From positions 106 to 64,105 of the forward strand of contig JAYUEN010000107.1 of assembly GCA_043739185.1 (NCBI GenBank): a stretch of DNA of 64,000 nucleotides, given 5' to 3'. The position numbers and the translations under genes were made by a program. Numbering within the stretch: the stretch's first letter is position 1; every line of letters starts with the position of its first letter. The DNA is from Bdellovibrionales bacterium (GTDB lineage: Bacteria; Bdellovibrionota; Bdellovibrionia; Bdellovibrionales; JAMPXM01). The notes beneath the pieces are model-generated. The model ran no database searches. It worked only from the letters and a program-made list of their open reading frames with translations, and had not been told where the DNA came from. Shown piece by piece: positions 47,085 to 56,718 of the stretch.

Positions 47085-48061
47085 GTGAACGTCCTTAAGC
47101 CTTTTATTTCTGACAGGGCCTCAAACACCGACTGAGCGGGTCGATACCCCAATTCACTTTTAATTTTGCCAATGTCAAAGCTTTGGCTTTTCGAAATGAG
47201 ATCGAGCGAATAGCGGCTCAGTGGTGGTTCATGATCTGTAATTTTTGCCCAGGCTTTTTCGAAAAGAGGCGCAAAAAAATTGAGCGGAGCACTTTTTAGT
47301 GGAACCCACTTCACCTTTAAATTCAGATTTTTGGCCACCGCAAACAATAACTCACGAATGAGAATGGGCTCGTCATTCGTCAAATTGTAAAGCTCTCCGG
47401 AACGTTCTGCGGGCGCAAGCATCGCGAGCTCAACTGCCGCACAAATACTTGCAACCGGGGTCAAATCAATGCTCGCCATACCTTCATCAATAAGCGGAAA
47501 AAAACCCTTGTTCATAAGCTTTAATATTCGCGGCAAGAGTGTTTGATCATAAAGACTTATGATCGCACGTGGGCGCAGCGTGATCACCGAAAGTCCTTTC
47601 TTATAAAACTCATTGGCAATTTTTTCGCTCTGAAGCTTGGTCGAGGCATAACTCGTTTTTTGCTCTCGAGGCAATGGTGAGGCCTCAGTTAAATTGGTCC
47701 GGCTGGTGCCATCATAATAAACGGATGTAGTTGATATATGAATGACTCGCTTAACGTTGGCCGCGGCCGACCATTCGAAAAGCCTTCGACTCGCAATGAG
47801 GTTTGGCGCTTCAAAATCAAGGGGTGGTCCCCAGGGGCGAGTCAGCGCCGCAGAATGAATGACAAAATCGGCACGCAAAAATTCTTTGGCCAAATTCTCT
47901 TCACAGAGATCGGCCCGAATGGTTTTTATGCCTTTACTGCTTAAATATTCGAGGCGTTTTGTTTGGCGCCCAATGGCCACAACTTCATATTTCTTTTCAT
48001 GCAGATTTAAGCAAAGTGGCAAACCCAAAGATCCTGTGGCGCCAGTGACAATGACCTTCAT
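47081..48061 (-). CDS. NAD(P)-dependent epimerase/dehydratase-family extended SDR
   Basis: Rossmann motif MKVIVTGATGSLG and catalytic YASTK (YxxxK). It forms a TAATG overlap with the KAS III gene. Confidence 0.85.
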   Translation of the reverse strand: MKVIVTGATGSLGLPLCLNLHEKKYEVVAIGRQTKRLEYLSSKGIKTIRADLCEENLAKEFLRADFVIHSAALTRPWGPPLDFEAPNLIASRRLFEWSAAANVKRVIHISTTSVYYDGTSRTNLTEASPLPREQKTSYASTKLQSEKIANEFYKKGLSVITLRPRAIISLYDQTLLPRILKLMNKGFFPLIDEGMASIDLTPVASICAAVELAMLAPAERSGELYNLTNDEPILIRELLFAVAKNLNLKVKWVPLKSAPLNFFAPLFEKAWAKITDHEPPLSRYSLDLISKSQSFDIGKIKSELGYRPAQSVFEALSEIKGLRTFT

Positions 48062-49047
48062 TAGTAAACCAAAATGCTTCCGCTTATTGAGATGCCCGCG
48101 CCCGTTCCAATTAGAAGAATTTTATCTCCGCGCTTGGCCTTCTCTTTAAGACAATTGTCGAGAGCTATTGGTAATGATGCGGACACCTGATTGCCATGAG
48201 TTTGAATGATATTAATCAGTTTTTCATCTGCAAAATCGAGCTTTCGGCTCAATTGCAATATCGCTGTAGGACTCGCTTGATGTGGAACCACCCAATCAAT
48301 TTCAGAAAGTTGCAGATTGGCTTTTTTCAAAAGCTGAGAAACAAATTGTGGCAGATACCGAGAGGCCAATTTGTAAATGCCCCGGCCCTCCATGCGAAAA
48401 AGATAATCATCGGGGTCGTCTGGCGGAGTGACAATATTGAAACGCGAGCCTCCGGCCTTGATCTCACAAAGCTTTGCACCGATCGAGTATGTATTCGAAA
48501 GGCTTGCCATGATTTTTGAAGGGCCCTGATCATCAGCCTCAACTATAACGGCAGAGGCGCCATCGGCTATGATGCTTGCGACTTCGAGCTCCTTCCAGTT
48601 GATGCCCTTGCTGCCAACTTCTGAATTGACCAAGGCGATTCGGTGGTAACGTTTTGTAATTAGAAAGCTCGCGGCCACGTCAAGAGCGGTCAGAAAACTC
48701 GTGCATGTTGAATTGATATCAAAACAAGGAATGCCGGAGTCCCCAAGTCCCATTTTGTGATGAAGTAAGACCGCGGTAGAAGGAATGGGCTGCTCAGGCA
48801 TGGCTCCACCAAAAATGATGAGATCTAAATCTGTGGCCTTAAGGCGGGAACACTCAAGTGCCGAAGCAAGTGCCTTGGCTGCCATTTCTGAAATGGTTTC
48901 GTTCTCTGAAACATAGCGATGTTCGACATCAAAGTGCTCAAGCCCAATCTCTCTTTGTAAACTTTGACTGCTTTTCTCATGGGCCTGCTTAGCAGTGAGG
49001 CTGGTTTTAGGGAGATACACTCCCGTTCCTAAAATTTTTGTATTCAT
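48061..49047 (-). CDS. 3-oxoacyl-ACP synthase III (FabH-like KAS III)
   Basis: The Cys-His-Asn triad contexts are intact: DINSTCTSF, VPHQAS and HGNQVSAS. The C-terminal GTGAGIS motif is present. It is the first gene of the six-gene operon. Confidence 0.85.
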   Translation of the reverse strand: MNTKILGTGVYLPKTSLTAKQAHEKSSQSLQREIGLEHFDVEHRYVSENETISEMAAKALASALECSRLKATDLDLIIFGGAMPEQPIPSTAVLLHHKMGLGDSGIPCFDINSTCTSFLTALDVAASFLITKRYHRIALVNSEVGSKGINWKELEVASIIADGASAVIVEADDQGPSKIMASLSNTYSIGAKLCEIKAGGSRFNIVTPPDDPDDYLFRMEGRGIYKLASRYLPQFVSQLLKKANLQLSEIDWVVPHQASPTAILQLSRKLDFADEKLINIIQTHGNQVSASLPIALDNCLKEKAKRGDKILLIGTGAGISISGSILVY

Positions 49048-49146
49048 CTTTGCCTTGGGCCCCCAAGTATTTTTCCTCAGACTTAACTTCAGACCAGAAC
49101 TTTTCTAGCACAAATTCAGGTTCAAGTAGACTATAAACTCCCTTTT

Positions 49147-49653
49147 TCAAATCGACTTAATTTGTAGTTGCCTGAGCGCTTCAAAAACCGAAATAGCGAC
49201 AGCATTAGAGAGATTCAAGCTTCGGGTCGGACCTGGCATAGGCAAGAAACAGGCTCCTGCGTCATTAAGTCCTATAATCTCTCTTGTAAGACCTGAGGTT
49301 TCTTTACCGAAAACCAACCAATCCCCTTCTTGAAATTCAACCTCATAGAGTGATTTAGGAGTTCCAGTTTCAACGAAAAAAACCCGCGACTTATTATCGA
49401 CCTTCTCCCACCATGCCTCAACTGAATGGTGAAAGTACCAACGCAAATGCTCCCAATAATCGAGCCCAGCACGCTTTACCCGGCTTTCAGAAATTTCGAA
49501 ACCAAGAGGCCCCACTAAATGAAGCTCTGAATTTGTCCCAACACAGGTTCGAGCAATATTGCCTGTATTTTGGGGAATCAGGGCTTCGACCAATACAACG
49601 CGACAAAGCGGAGATTTAATTTTTTCAGGTGGACTAAACTTCGGCTGTTCCAT
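49147..49653 (-). CDS. trmL: tRNA (cytidine/uridine-2'-O)-methyltransferase TrmL (SpoU family)
   Basis: VVLVEALIPQNTGNIARTCVGTNSELHLVGPLGFEISESRVKRAGLDYWEHL and a C-terminal SLNLSNAVAI knot motif. Confidence 0.85.
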   Translation of the reverse strand: MEQPKFSPPEKIKSPLCRVVLVEALIPQNTGNIARTCVGTNSELHLVGPLGFEISESRVKRAGLDYWEHLRWYFHHSVEAWWEKVDNKSRVFFVETGTPKSLYEVEFQEGDWLVFGKETSGLTREIIGLNDAGACFLPMPGPTRSLNLSNAVAISVFEALRQLQIKSI

Positions 49654-49717
49654 AAATTATTTCTAACCAATAAAGACCTTGATACATACTCGAAGAAGTT
49701 TAAAAGTAAAGCGCTGA

Positions 49718-50071
<354 letters not shown>

Positions 50072-50103
50072 TTAGAATTAAAACACCAAACCAAGGAGCA
50101 CAA

Positions 50104-51519
50104 ATGTCACCGAAAGAGGTTATAGAGTTCGCCCACAAAAATGGCGCAAAGATGGTCGACTTAAAATTTATTGATCTCCCAGGGGCTTGGCAACATTTTA
50201 CGATTCCGATTTCGCAGCTCAATGCTGATCTTTTCGAAACCGGGCTCATGTTTGATGGTAGCTCGATTCGTGGTTGGCGCAATATTCATGAGTCCGATAT
50301 GAATGTTCGTCCTGATGCCAATACCGCCATGATGGACAATTTCATGGAGGTTCCCACGCTTTCTCTCTTGTGTGATGTTCACGTTCCTGAAACCGGCGAA
50401 GCCTATGAACGCGATCCAAGACAGATTGTAAAAAAGGCCCTGGCTTATTTGAAATCTACGGGTATTGCTGACACCGCCTATTTTGGTCCCGAAGCAGAGT
50501 TTTTTATTTTCGACGATATTCGCTATGAGCAAACATCGAATCGTGGTTTTTATCAAATCGACTCCGACGAAGGCGCGTGGAATACCGGCCGCAACGAAGA
50601 CGGAAAGAACTTGGGTTACAAGCCGCGCGCAAAAGAAGGTTATTTCCCGGTTTTGCCAACGGATAGTCACCATGATATTCGAACTGAAATTTGTTTAGAA
50701 CTCGAAAAATGTGGAATGGAAGTCGAGCGCCAACATCACGAAGTCGCAAGCGCGGGCCAAGGCGAAATTAATTTTAAGTATGCTGATATTTTGAAAACGG
50801 GCGACAATTTGATGTGGTTCAAATACATCGTAAAAAACGTTGCTCGCAGACATAATAAAACCGCAACCTTTATGCCCAAGCCACTTTTTGGCGACAATGG
50901 CTCAGGCATGCATTGTCATGTTTCTCTCTGGAAAAATGGCACACCACTTTTTGCCGGAGATAAATATGCCGGGCTTTCTCAGTTGGCTCTCTATTTTATC
51001 GGTGGAATATTAAAACACGCCCCCGCTATGTGTGCGATTACAAATCCGACAACAAATTCTTATAAGCGTCTGGTTCCGGGTTTTGAGGCACCAAATAAAT
51101 TTGCATATAGTTATCGCAATCGTTCGGCGGCCATTCGAATTCCAAATACAGGCTCAAGCCCTAAGGCCAAGCGTCTAGAATTTCGCACACCAGACCCAAG
51201 TGCGAATATTTATCTTTGTTTGGCGGCTATCTTAATGGCCGGAATTGACGGAATCCAAAATAAAATAAATCCTGGCGAGCCGATGGATAAAGATATCTAT
51301 GGTCTGCCCCCACAAGAGCTGGCCAAAGTCCCTAGTGCTCCGCCCACCCTTGATGTTGCTCTGAATAATCTGCGCGAAGGTTCGGAGTTTTTGAAGCGCG
51401 GTGACGTTTTTACAAGTGATTTGCTAGATACGTGGATCGATTACAAATATGAGAAAGAAGTAATCCCCATGCAACAGCGCCCGACCCCGTACGAGTTTTA
51501 TCTTTACTTTGATTTGTAA
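50104..51519 (+). CDS. glnA: Glutamine synthetase type I
   Basis: GSI motifs [35 protein letters not shown] and [13 protein letters not shown]. An AAGGAG Shine-Dalgarno lies upstream. Confidence 0.95.
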   Translation: MSPKEVIEFAHKNGAKMVDLKFIDLPGAWQHFTIPISQLNADLFETGLMFDGSSIRGWRNIHESDMNVRPDANTAMMDNFMEVPTLSLLCDVHVPETGEAYERDPRQIVKKALAYLKSTGIADTAYFGPEAEFFIFDDIRYEQTSNRGFYQIDSDEGAWNTGRNEDGKNLGYKPRAKEGYFPVLPTDSHHDIRTEICLELEKCGMEVERQHHEVASAGQGEINFKYADILKTGDNLMWFKYIVKNVARRHNKTATFMPKPLFGDNGSGMHCHVSLWKNGTPLFAGDKYAGLSQLALYFIGGILKHAPAMCAITNPTTNSYKRLVPGFEAPNKFAYSYRNRSAAIRIPNTGSSPKAKRLEFRTPDPSANIYLCLAAILMAGIDGIQNKINPGEPMDKDIYGLPPQELAKVPSAPPTLDVALNNLREGSEFLKRGDVFTSDLLDTWIDYKYEKEVIPMQQRPTPYEFYLYFDL

Positions 51520-51565
51520 TCGAAGTGATAATTATTTACTGAACTACTATTGAAGGGGCTTTCAG

Positions 51566-51928
51566 ATGAGCAGTGAAGAGTTTATTCCGTTCATGGTTTA
51601 TGAATGGCTACAAATTGAAGACGAAACCCTTACCATTGGAATAAATGAAGAGGGCCTAAGTGAGATCACAGAAATTACTGCGGTCAATTTACCTGCTGAA
51701 AATGACGAAGTAGTTGCTGACGAAATTTGTGGGGAGCTCGAAACCGAAGAAGGCCCTCTCAATATTTATTGCCCCGTTGACGGCAAAGTTATTGAAATCA
51801 ATGCTGCGGTTCTTGAAAATCCTTCTCTTATTCAAGAGGATCCTTTTGGAGATGGCTGGCTCATTCGTGTTGAAGCCTCAAACTTAGATGAGCTTGAAGA
51901 GCTCACCAATCCAACGGAAGGCGATTAG
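51566..51928 (+). CDS. Glycine-cleavage H-protein-like protein lacking the lipoyl-lysine
   Basis: GcvH-like over its full length (YEWL ... TIGINEEG ... NLP ... YCPVDGKVIEIN ... DPFGDGWLIRVE). At the ESVKAASD position it reads ETEEGPLN, so the lipoylated Lys is Glu. Confidence 0.75.
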   Translation: MSSEEFIPFMVYEWLQIEDETLTIGINEEGLSEITEITAVNLPAENDEVVADEICGELETEEGPLNIYCPVDGKVIEINAAVLENPSLIQEDPFGDGWLIRVEASNLDELEELTNPTEGD

Positions 51929-51933
51929 TTCGT

Positions 51934-52689
51934 ATGTCTTTTTGGGCAAAAATACAAACCACTTTGGCACGAGCCTGGGTCGAGCGCGACAATCGTCTTC
52001 GCGTTGCCGATCATGAAAAAATAACTTTTCATATTAAAGATGAATCACTCGAAATAAAAAAATTGCGCGTGCAAAATATTTCGACTGGAGGCGTAGGTCT
52101 CTTTCCTTCTGAATTTCCCAACGCAGGACTCGGTCGAAATATTGAAGCCGAAATCAGAATTTCTGGTGGCTCACATACAAATGATGTTCAAAGAACCGCC
52201 ACCTTTAAGATTCATGCGACCATTGTACATGTAGGCGAATCGACTATTGGTTTGCGTTTTACCCAAGTTCATCATGAATTTGAAGCTGCACTTGATCAGT
52301 ATTTTAAAGTCGAATTGCTCGCCTCAAAGCTGACTCTAGTCGACAAAAGGTATTTGAAGGCTGAAAATGATATTATCCCATTGTGGCTGACCGATGGGCG
52401 AGAAAATGAAGTCTATATATTGGCAGACAAGACCAATATTCTCGGCTTTCATCTCTGTTTTTTGGGTCACTATATTGAAGACGATAAGGCCGGCGGCATT
52501 CGCGTAGGTCAGATTACTGCTCCCACACCTGAAAATACGGCCCCAGGCTATAGCTCGTCAGAGGTGATCGAAATGACTCCGCGAGCTCAGCAATTGAGTT
52601 TGCGCCTGGCGCGAGATTTCGTTTCAAATGTAAAGGGCATTCCACCCGATCTTATGAGAGTACTCTTATCAAAGCTTGCTGTTAACTAA
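51934..52689 (+). CDS. PilZ-domain protein with a C-terminal extension
   Basis: The N-terminal region carries the (D/N)xSxxG motif NISTGGVGL, preceded by RDNRLRV in place of RRxxxR. It starts 5 nt after the GcvH-like gene. Confidence 0.55.
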   Translation: MSFWAKIQTTLARAWVERDNRLRVADHEKITFHIKDESLEIKKLRVQNISTGGVGLFPSEFPNAGLGRNIEAEIRISGGSHTNDVQRTATFKIHATIVHVGESTIGLRFTQVHHEFEAALDQYFKVELLASKLTLVDKRYLKAENDIIPLWLTDGRENEVYILADKTNILGFHLCFLGHYIEDDKAGGIRVGQITAPTPENTAPGYSSSEVIEMTPRAQQLSLRLARDFVSNVKGIPPDLMRVLLSKLAVN

Positions 52690-52719
52690 TCTGATTCAAG
52701 CTGTGCCAGGGGCACGCAA

Positions 52720-53079
52720 CTAGTGTTTATGCGTAATTGATTTGATCTTATTTTTTTCATCAACAAAAACCAAATTCGGCTTGTGTTCACGAACCTCGGT
52801 ATCTTTAACACTAATAAATGCGGCGATGATAACAATATCACCCTTGCAAACCAATCTTGCCGCAGCTCCGTTGAGGCAAATTTCTGCTGGTTTACCGTGA
52901 ATCACATAAGTCGCGAAACGCGCGCCATTATTGCAATTGTAAATCTCAACTTTTTCAAATTCATATAATCCTGCGGCATCACATAAAATCGGATCAATTG
53001 AAATCGAGCCCTCATAATTGAGGTCGGCATCAGTAACTACTCCGCGGTGAATTTTACATTTAAGCATCGTTAATTCCAT
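52720..53079 (-). CDS. panD: Aspartate 1-decarboxylase
   Basis: MLKCKIHRGVVTDADLNYEGSISID includes the self-processing G-S site. The length is typical. Confidence 0.9.
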   Translation of the reverse strand: MELTMLKCKIHRGVVTDADLNYEGSISIDPILCDAAGLYEFEKVEIYNCNNGARFATYVIHGKPAEICLNGAAARLVCKGDIVIIAAFISVKDTEVREHKPNLVFVDEKNKIKSITHKH

Positions 53080-53093
53080 GATCTCTTCCCCTA

Positions 53094-53864
53094 CTAAACG
53101 TTCATTTTTAAAGCGTAATTTAATCCTTTTAAAACCAAGTCCGGGACAACTAAATCAAAAAGCCCCGCCTTTTCAAAAAGACTTGAGAATCCACCGGTTG
53201 CAATGACTCGGGTTTTTGCACCAGCAAAGCATTCTTGGGTGAGGCGCTCTTTTATTTCTTTAACCATTCCGATATTTCCAAAATAAAGCCCCGATTGAAT
53301 GCTTTCAACGGTCGATCTTCCAAGCGTTTCTTTGAGCGGAGTGATCTCAACTGAGGGTAGTTTTGCAGTTCGAGTTTCAAGAGCCTCCATTGAGATGCGA
53401 AGTCCTGCTAAAATAACGCCGCCAAGATATTCCCGATCACTATTGATTGCACAAAAAGTTGTGGCCGTACCAAAATCAACGATGAGTAGGTTTTCATTTG
53501 GAAAAAGTTGTGTTGCCGCAATCGAATTTGCAATTCGATCGGCCCCAACCTCAAGCGGATTGCGATATTTTATTTTCAAGCCGGTCTTAACTCCTGCTTG
53601 TAAAACGAAGGGGGTTTTACCAAAGTATTTTATGCATGCATTCCTTAAGGAATACACTGCATCCGGCACAACTGAGCACATCGCCACTTGTTTAATCGCC
53701 TCAGGATCCATATCATTTTCTCTTAAAACTGCGCGCAAAAACATACCAAGCTCGTCGCTTGAGGCGCGAAATTCAGAGGTTCGGCGAAATTGCATCTTCA
53801 GCTTATCGCCATCAAAAACTCCACCTAGAATTTGGGTGTTCCCAACATCAAGACATAAAATCAT
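53094..53864 (-). CDS. coaX: Type III pantothenate kinase
   Basis: N-terminal [16 protein letters not shown], internal VDFGTATTF and GGFSSLF, the ASKHA motifs typical of CoaX. Confidence 0.9.
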   Translation of the reverse strand: MILCLDVGNTQILGGVFDGDKLKMQFRRTSEFRASSDELGMFLRAVLRENDMDPEAIKQVAMCSVVPDAVYSLRNACIKYFGKTPFVLQAGVKTGLKIKYRNPLEVGADRIANSIAATQLFPNENLLIVDFGTATTFCAINSDREYLGGVILAGLRISMEALETRTAKLPSVEITPLKETLGRSTVESIQSGLYFGNIGMVKEIKERLTQECFAGAKTRVIATGGFSSLFEKAGLFDLVVPDLVLKGLNYALKMNV

Positions 53865-55195
53865 TTGTTTTGCTCCTGCTTTAGCCCATCCTCTGACGCC
53901 GGCTCAAGGGCTTTTTCAACGGTTTTTTTCCTTAAGGCAACTTGTGCGCCCACGAGATTCTCAAGGGCAGAGGAAAGTTCATTTTTATTTTTCACTTCTG
54001 TTATCATGCGACTCGAATCATAAATCTGGGCCAGATGCTGACTCGCTTTAACCGCTGAAATTTCATTTTGAACAATGAGATCCGCGCGCGAACCTTCAAA
54101 TAATTTCTTAACCGCCTTTTCGCCCTCTTGTTGTGTGGGATTCACTAAGAGCTTAAAGGCCACCAAAACCAGATCACGATTTCGCGAAAGTCTTCGAATT
54201 TGGTCAATGAGCTTTGGCGTTTTCTTAAGCCGCAGACTCATTTCAATATCCGAATCAAGCTTAGACCCTTCTTGAGCAGACATGGTGCTTGATTCGGTTT
54301 CAATTTTGTCGATCGTAAAATCACTGACCGCGGCCGCGTGTACGACGGCATCAAAATGATTGTTCTTAAGAAGATTTTCAAGTGACCTTTGTAGATCAGC
54401 AAAGCTCGTAAATGAAACTTTTTGCACTGGCAAATCTGGCTGAATAGATTCTTGCGCACTCACGAAAGTAACACGATGACCTTTGGCAGAAAAATAATCT
54501 GCCAAGTGAGCTCCGGTCCGCCCTGTACTTGAGTTGGTAATCGAGCGCACGCCATCAATGGCCTCTCGGGTGCCGCCAGAAGTGATCAAAACTTTCATCG
54601 CGCTCATTCCCACTTGTTTCAAACCGAGATGTGGAATTCTCTTTTGAATGGCATTCATAATTTGTTCAGGCTCTAAAAGTCTTCCCAGGCCCTCGTCTCC
54701 GCAGGCGAGGACTCCACTTGCCGTTTCTAAAATTTCAATTTGCCAAGATTTTAAAATTTGAATCGAGTGTTGGGTCGATGGATGCAAATACATTTTGGTA
54801 TTCATGGCAGGCACAATCAAATACGGCTTCTTAAAATCATAAGCTAAAAACAATGTTGAAATGAGGTCATCGCCCACTCCATTTGCCAGTTTTGAAAGTG
54901 TGTTGGCGGTCGCCGGGCAGAGAATCACAAGATCGGCCCAATTCATCAAATGAATATGAGCCATATATTCGCCCGGCTGAAAAGTCGAAGTATGTATGGG
55001 CCGCCCGGTGAGTCCTTCAAGAGTCGCTTGGCCAACAAACTCCAGCGCCGATGCAGAGGCAACCACTTGTACTTCGCAGCCCTGCTTAACCAAGGCTGAA
55101 ATGACCGAACAGGCTTTAAAGCACGCAATAGAGCCTGAAAGTTGAAACAAAATTTTTGTCGCTATATTTGGAGAATTAGTTTTTAACATTGTCAA
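53861..55195 (-). CDS. coaBC: Bifunctional phosphopantothenoylcysteine decarboxylase / phosphopantothenate-cysteine ligase
   Basis: Flavoprotein N domain ([10 protein letters not shown] ... PAMNTKMY) and CoaB C domain ([22 protein letters not shown]). It forms a 4-nt overlap with coaX. Confidence 0.9.
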   Translation of the reverse strand: MTMLKTNSPNIATKILFQLSGSIACFKACSVISALVKQGCEVQVVASASALEFVGQATLEGLTGRPIHTSTFQPGEYMAHIHLMNWADLVILCPATANTLSKLANGVGDDLISTLFLAYDFKKPYLIVPAMNTKMYLHPSTQHSIQILKSWQIEILETASGVLACGDEGLGRLLEPEQIMNAIQKRIPHLGLKQVGMSAMKVLITSGGTREAIDGVRSITNSSTGRTGAHLADYFSAKGHRVTFVSAQESIQPDLPVQKVSFTSFADLQRSLENLLKNNHFDAVVHAAAVSDFTIDKIETESSTMSAQEGSKLDSDIEMSLRLKKTPKLIDQIRRLSRNRDLVLVAFKLLVNPTQQEGEKAVKKLFEGSRADLIVQNEISAVKASQHLAQIYDSSRMITEVKNKNELSSALENLVGAQVALRKKTVEKALEPASEDGLKQEQNK

Positions 55196-55928
55196 TTAAC
55201 CTCACTCCTTCAATTTTTGCAGCAACCAGGCGACGCGACATTTCAGAGGCGACATATTCAACTTCGAACCCGGCGCTTTCAAGCTTAAGCTTTATTTCCG
55301 AATCTGAATACGACGACATAAGACACTTCGCAATCAAGGGCGCTCTTTCTCGCGCCGCTGAGCTCAACAAAACATTTCGAGAACTCATTGCTAAGCCATC
55401 TGCCTCTCTTAAGGTTTCACAGGCAACGACTTCAATTGGCAAGAAAAGGGCTTGAACCATATCTTGTATCAGACGCAATTGTTGAAAATCTTTTTCGCCA
55501 AAATAGGCCTTGTTCGGCGCAACAAGATTGAACAGCTTCAGTACGACTGTCAGCACACCATCAAAATGCCCAGGTCGAAATTGACCCTCTAAAATGCTCG
55601 CTAGTTTATTTTCAGTCAATTTAAAGCGGTAATCATCTTTGTAGATCTCATTTGCATTAGGAAATAACAAATAATCGACGCCACAGCTTTCCGAAAGCTT
55701 TTGATCTGACTCGATCGTATTCGGATACTTTTCGAAGTCTTTTTTGTCATTGAATTGCGTGGGGTTTACAAAAATACTGAGAACACTTATCTCATTTTCT
55801 TGCCGAGACTTTTTAAGTAAAGAGGCGTGGCCCAGGTGTAAAGCGCCCATCGTGGGAACAAAGCCAATGCTCCCCCTGAGGTTTTTGCGAATTTCTAGCC
55901 AATCACTTACGCCCACAACTGTTTTCAT
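55176..55928 (-). CDS. panC: Pantoate-beta-alanine ligase
   Basis: GFVPTMGALHLGHASLL (HIGH-like) and FGEKDFQQL. The start is placed at ATG 55928 (MKTVVG), 1 nt after the panB stop. The ORF-track start at 55988 lies inside panB. Confidence 0.9.
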   Translation of the reverse strand: MKTVVGVSDWLEIRKNLRGSIGFVPTMGALHLGHASLLKKSRQENEISVLSIFVNPTQFNDKKDFEKYPNTIESDQKLSESCGVDYLLFPNANEIYKDDYRFKLTENKLASILEGQFRPGHFDGVLTVVLKLFNLVAPNKAYFGEKDFQQLRLIQDMVQALFLPIEVVACETLREADGLAMSSRNVLLSSAARERAPLIAKCLMSSYSDSEIKLKLESAGFEVEYVASEMSRRLVAAKIEGVRLIDNVKN

Positions 55929-55929
55929 T

Positions 55930-56718
55930 TTAATAACTCTCGCTTTGGTCTGGAAATTTATTGCTTTTGACGTCTCGGTCAAATTCATTCAAGGCAGATT
56001 GCAAGAGCTCAAATCCCTGCAAATAGCGTCGAACAAATTTGGGTTTGAAGTCGTGATTGAAGCCCATCATATCTTGAAAAACCAGCACTTGGCCGTCACA
56101 AGCATTGCCCGCGCCAATTCCTATTGTCGGAATTTTTAAATTTTGTGTAACGTATTCGGCGACTTTTGCAGGAACACACTCAAGGACAACTGCAAAACAA
56201 CCTAATTTTTCAAGCTTCAAGGCCTGCTTCAAAAGCCACTCTGAGGCTTGTTCATCTGTCGCCTGTACTTTAAAGCCGCCAAACTTATGATAAGATTGCG
56301 GCGTCAATCCGAGATGGCCCATGATCGGAATCCCCGAACCCAAGATGTGTGCAAAACAATCTTCGCTTCCTTCGATTCCTTCTATTTTAACTGCTTGCGC
56401 TCCAGCACGCATGATTTGAGAAACCGCGTTCATGCTTTCATCAAGACTTCCTCGATGCGCTAAAAAGGGCATGTCGCCAATGATGAACTTCTCAGGTGCG
56501 CCCGCGCGCACTGCTGCCACGTGAAGCGCCATGAGCTCAGGCGTGGCCTTCAAAGTGTCTTTGTATCCATGCATTGTCATGGCGAGACTGTCACCGACGA
56601 GAATACAATCCATTTCACTTGCTTCAATTATTTTCGCTGACCAGGAGTCATAGCACGTCACCATTGAGATTTTTTTATGTGTTTCTTTCGCTTTGTAAAA
56701 GTCTAAAATATTTTTCAT
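55930..56718 (-). CDS. panB: 3-methyl-2-oxobutanoate hydroxymethyltransferase
   Basis: MVTCYD, LVGDSLAMTMHGY, AVKIEG and GHLGLTPQS are the PanB signatures. Confidence 0.9.
   Translation of the reverse strand: MKNILDFYKAKETHKKISMVTCYDSWSAKIIEASEMDCILVGDSLAMTMHGYKDTLKATPELMALHVAAVRAGAPEKFIIGDMPFLAHRGSLDESMNAVSQIMRAGAQAVKIEGIEGSEDCFAHILGSGIPIMGHLGLTPQSYHKFGGFKVQATDEQASEWLLKQALKLEKLGCFAVVLECVPAKVAEYVTQNLKIPTIGIGAGNACDGQVLVFQDMMGFNHDFKPKFVRRYLQGFELLQSALNEFDRDVKSNKFPDQSESY

Noticed and set aside
50161-50673. A 170-aa ORF on the minus strand. Similar short ORFs lie at 50064-50282 and 50504-50749.
   Set aside because: They lie inside and antisense to glnA, which is unambiguous.
53299-54051. A 250-aa ORF on the plus strand.
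   Set aside because: It is entirely antisense to coaX and coaBC, which have clear motifs. Its product is Ser/Arg/Pro-rich with no motif, as is typical of a shadow ORF.
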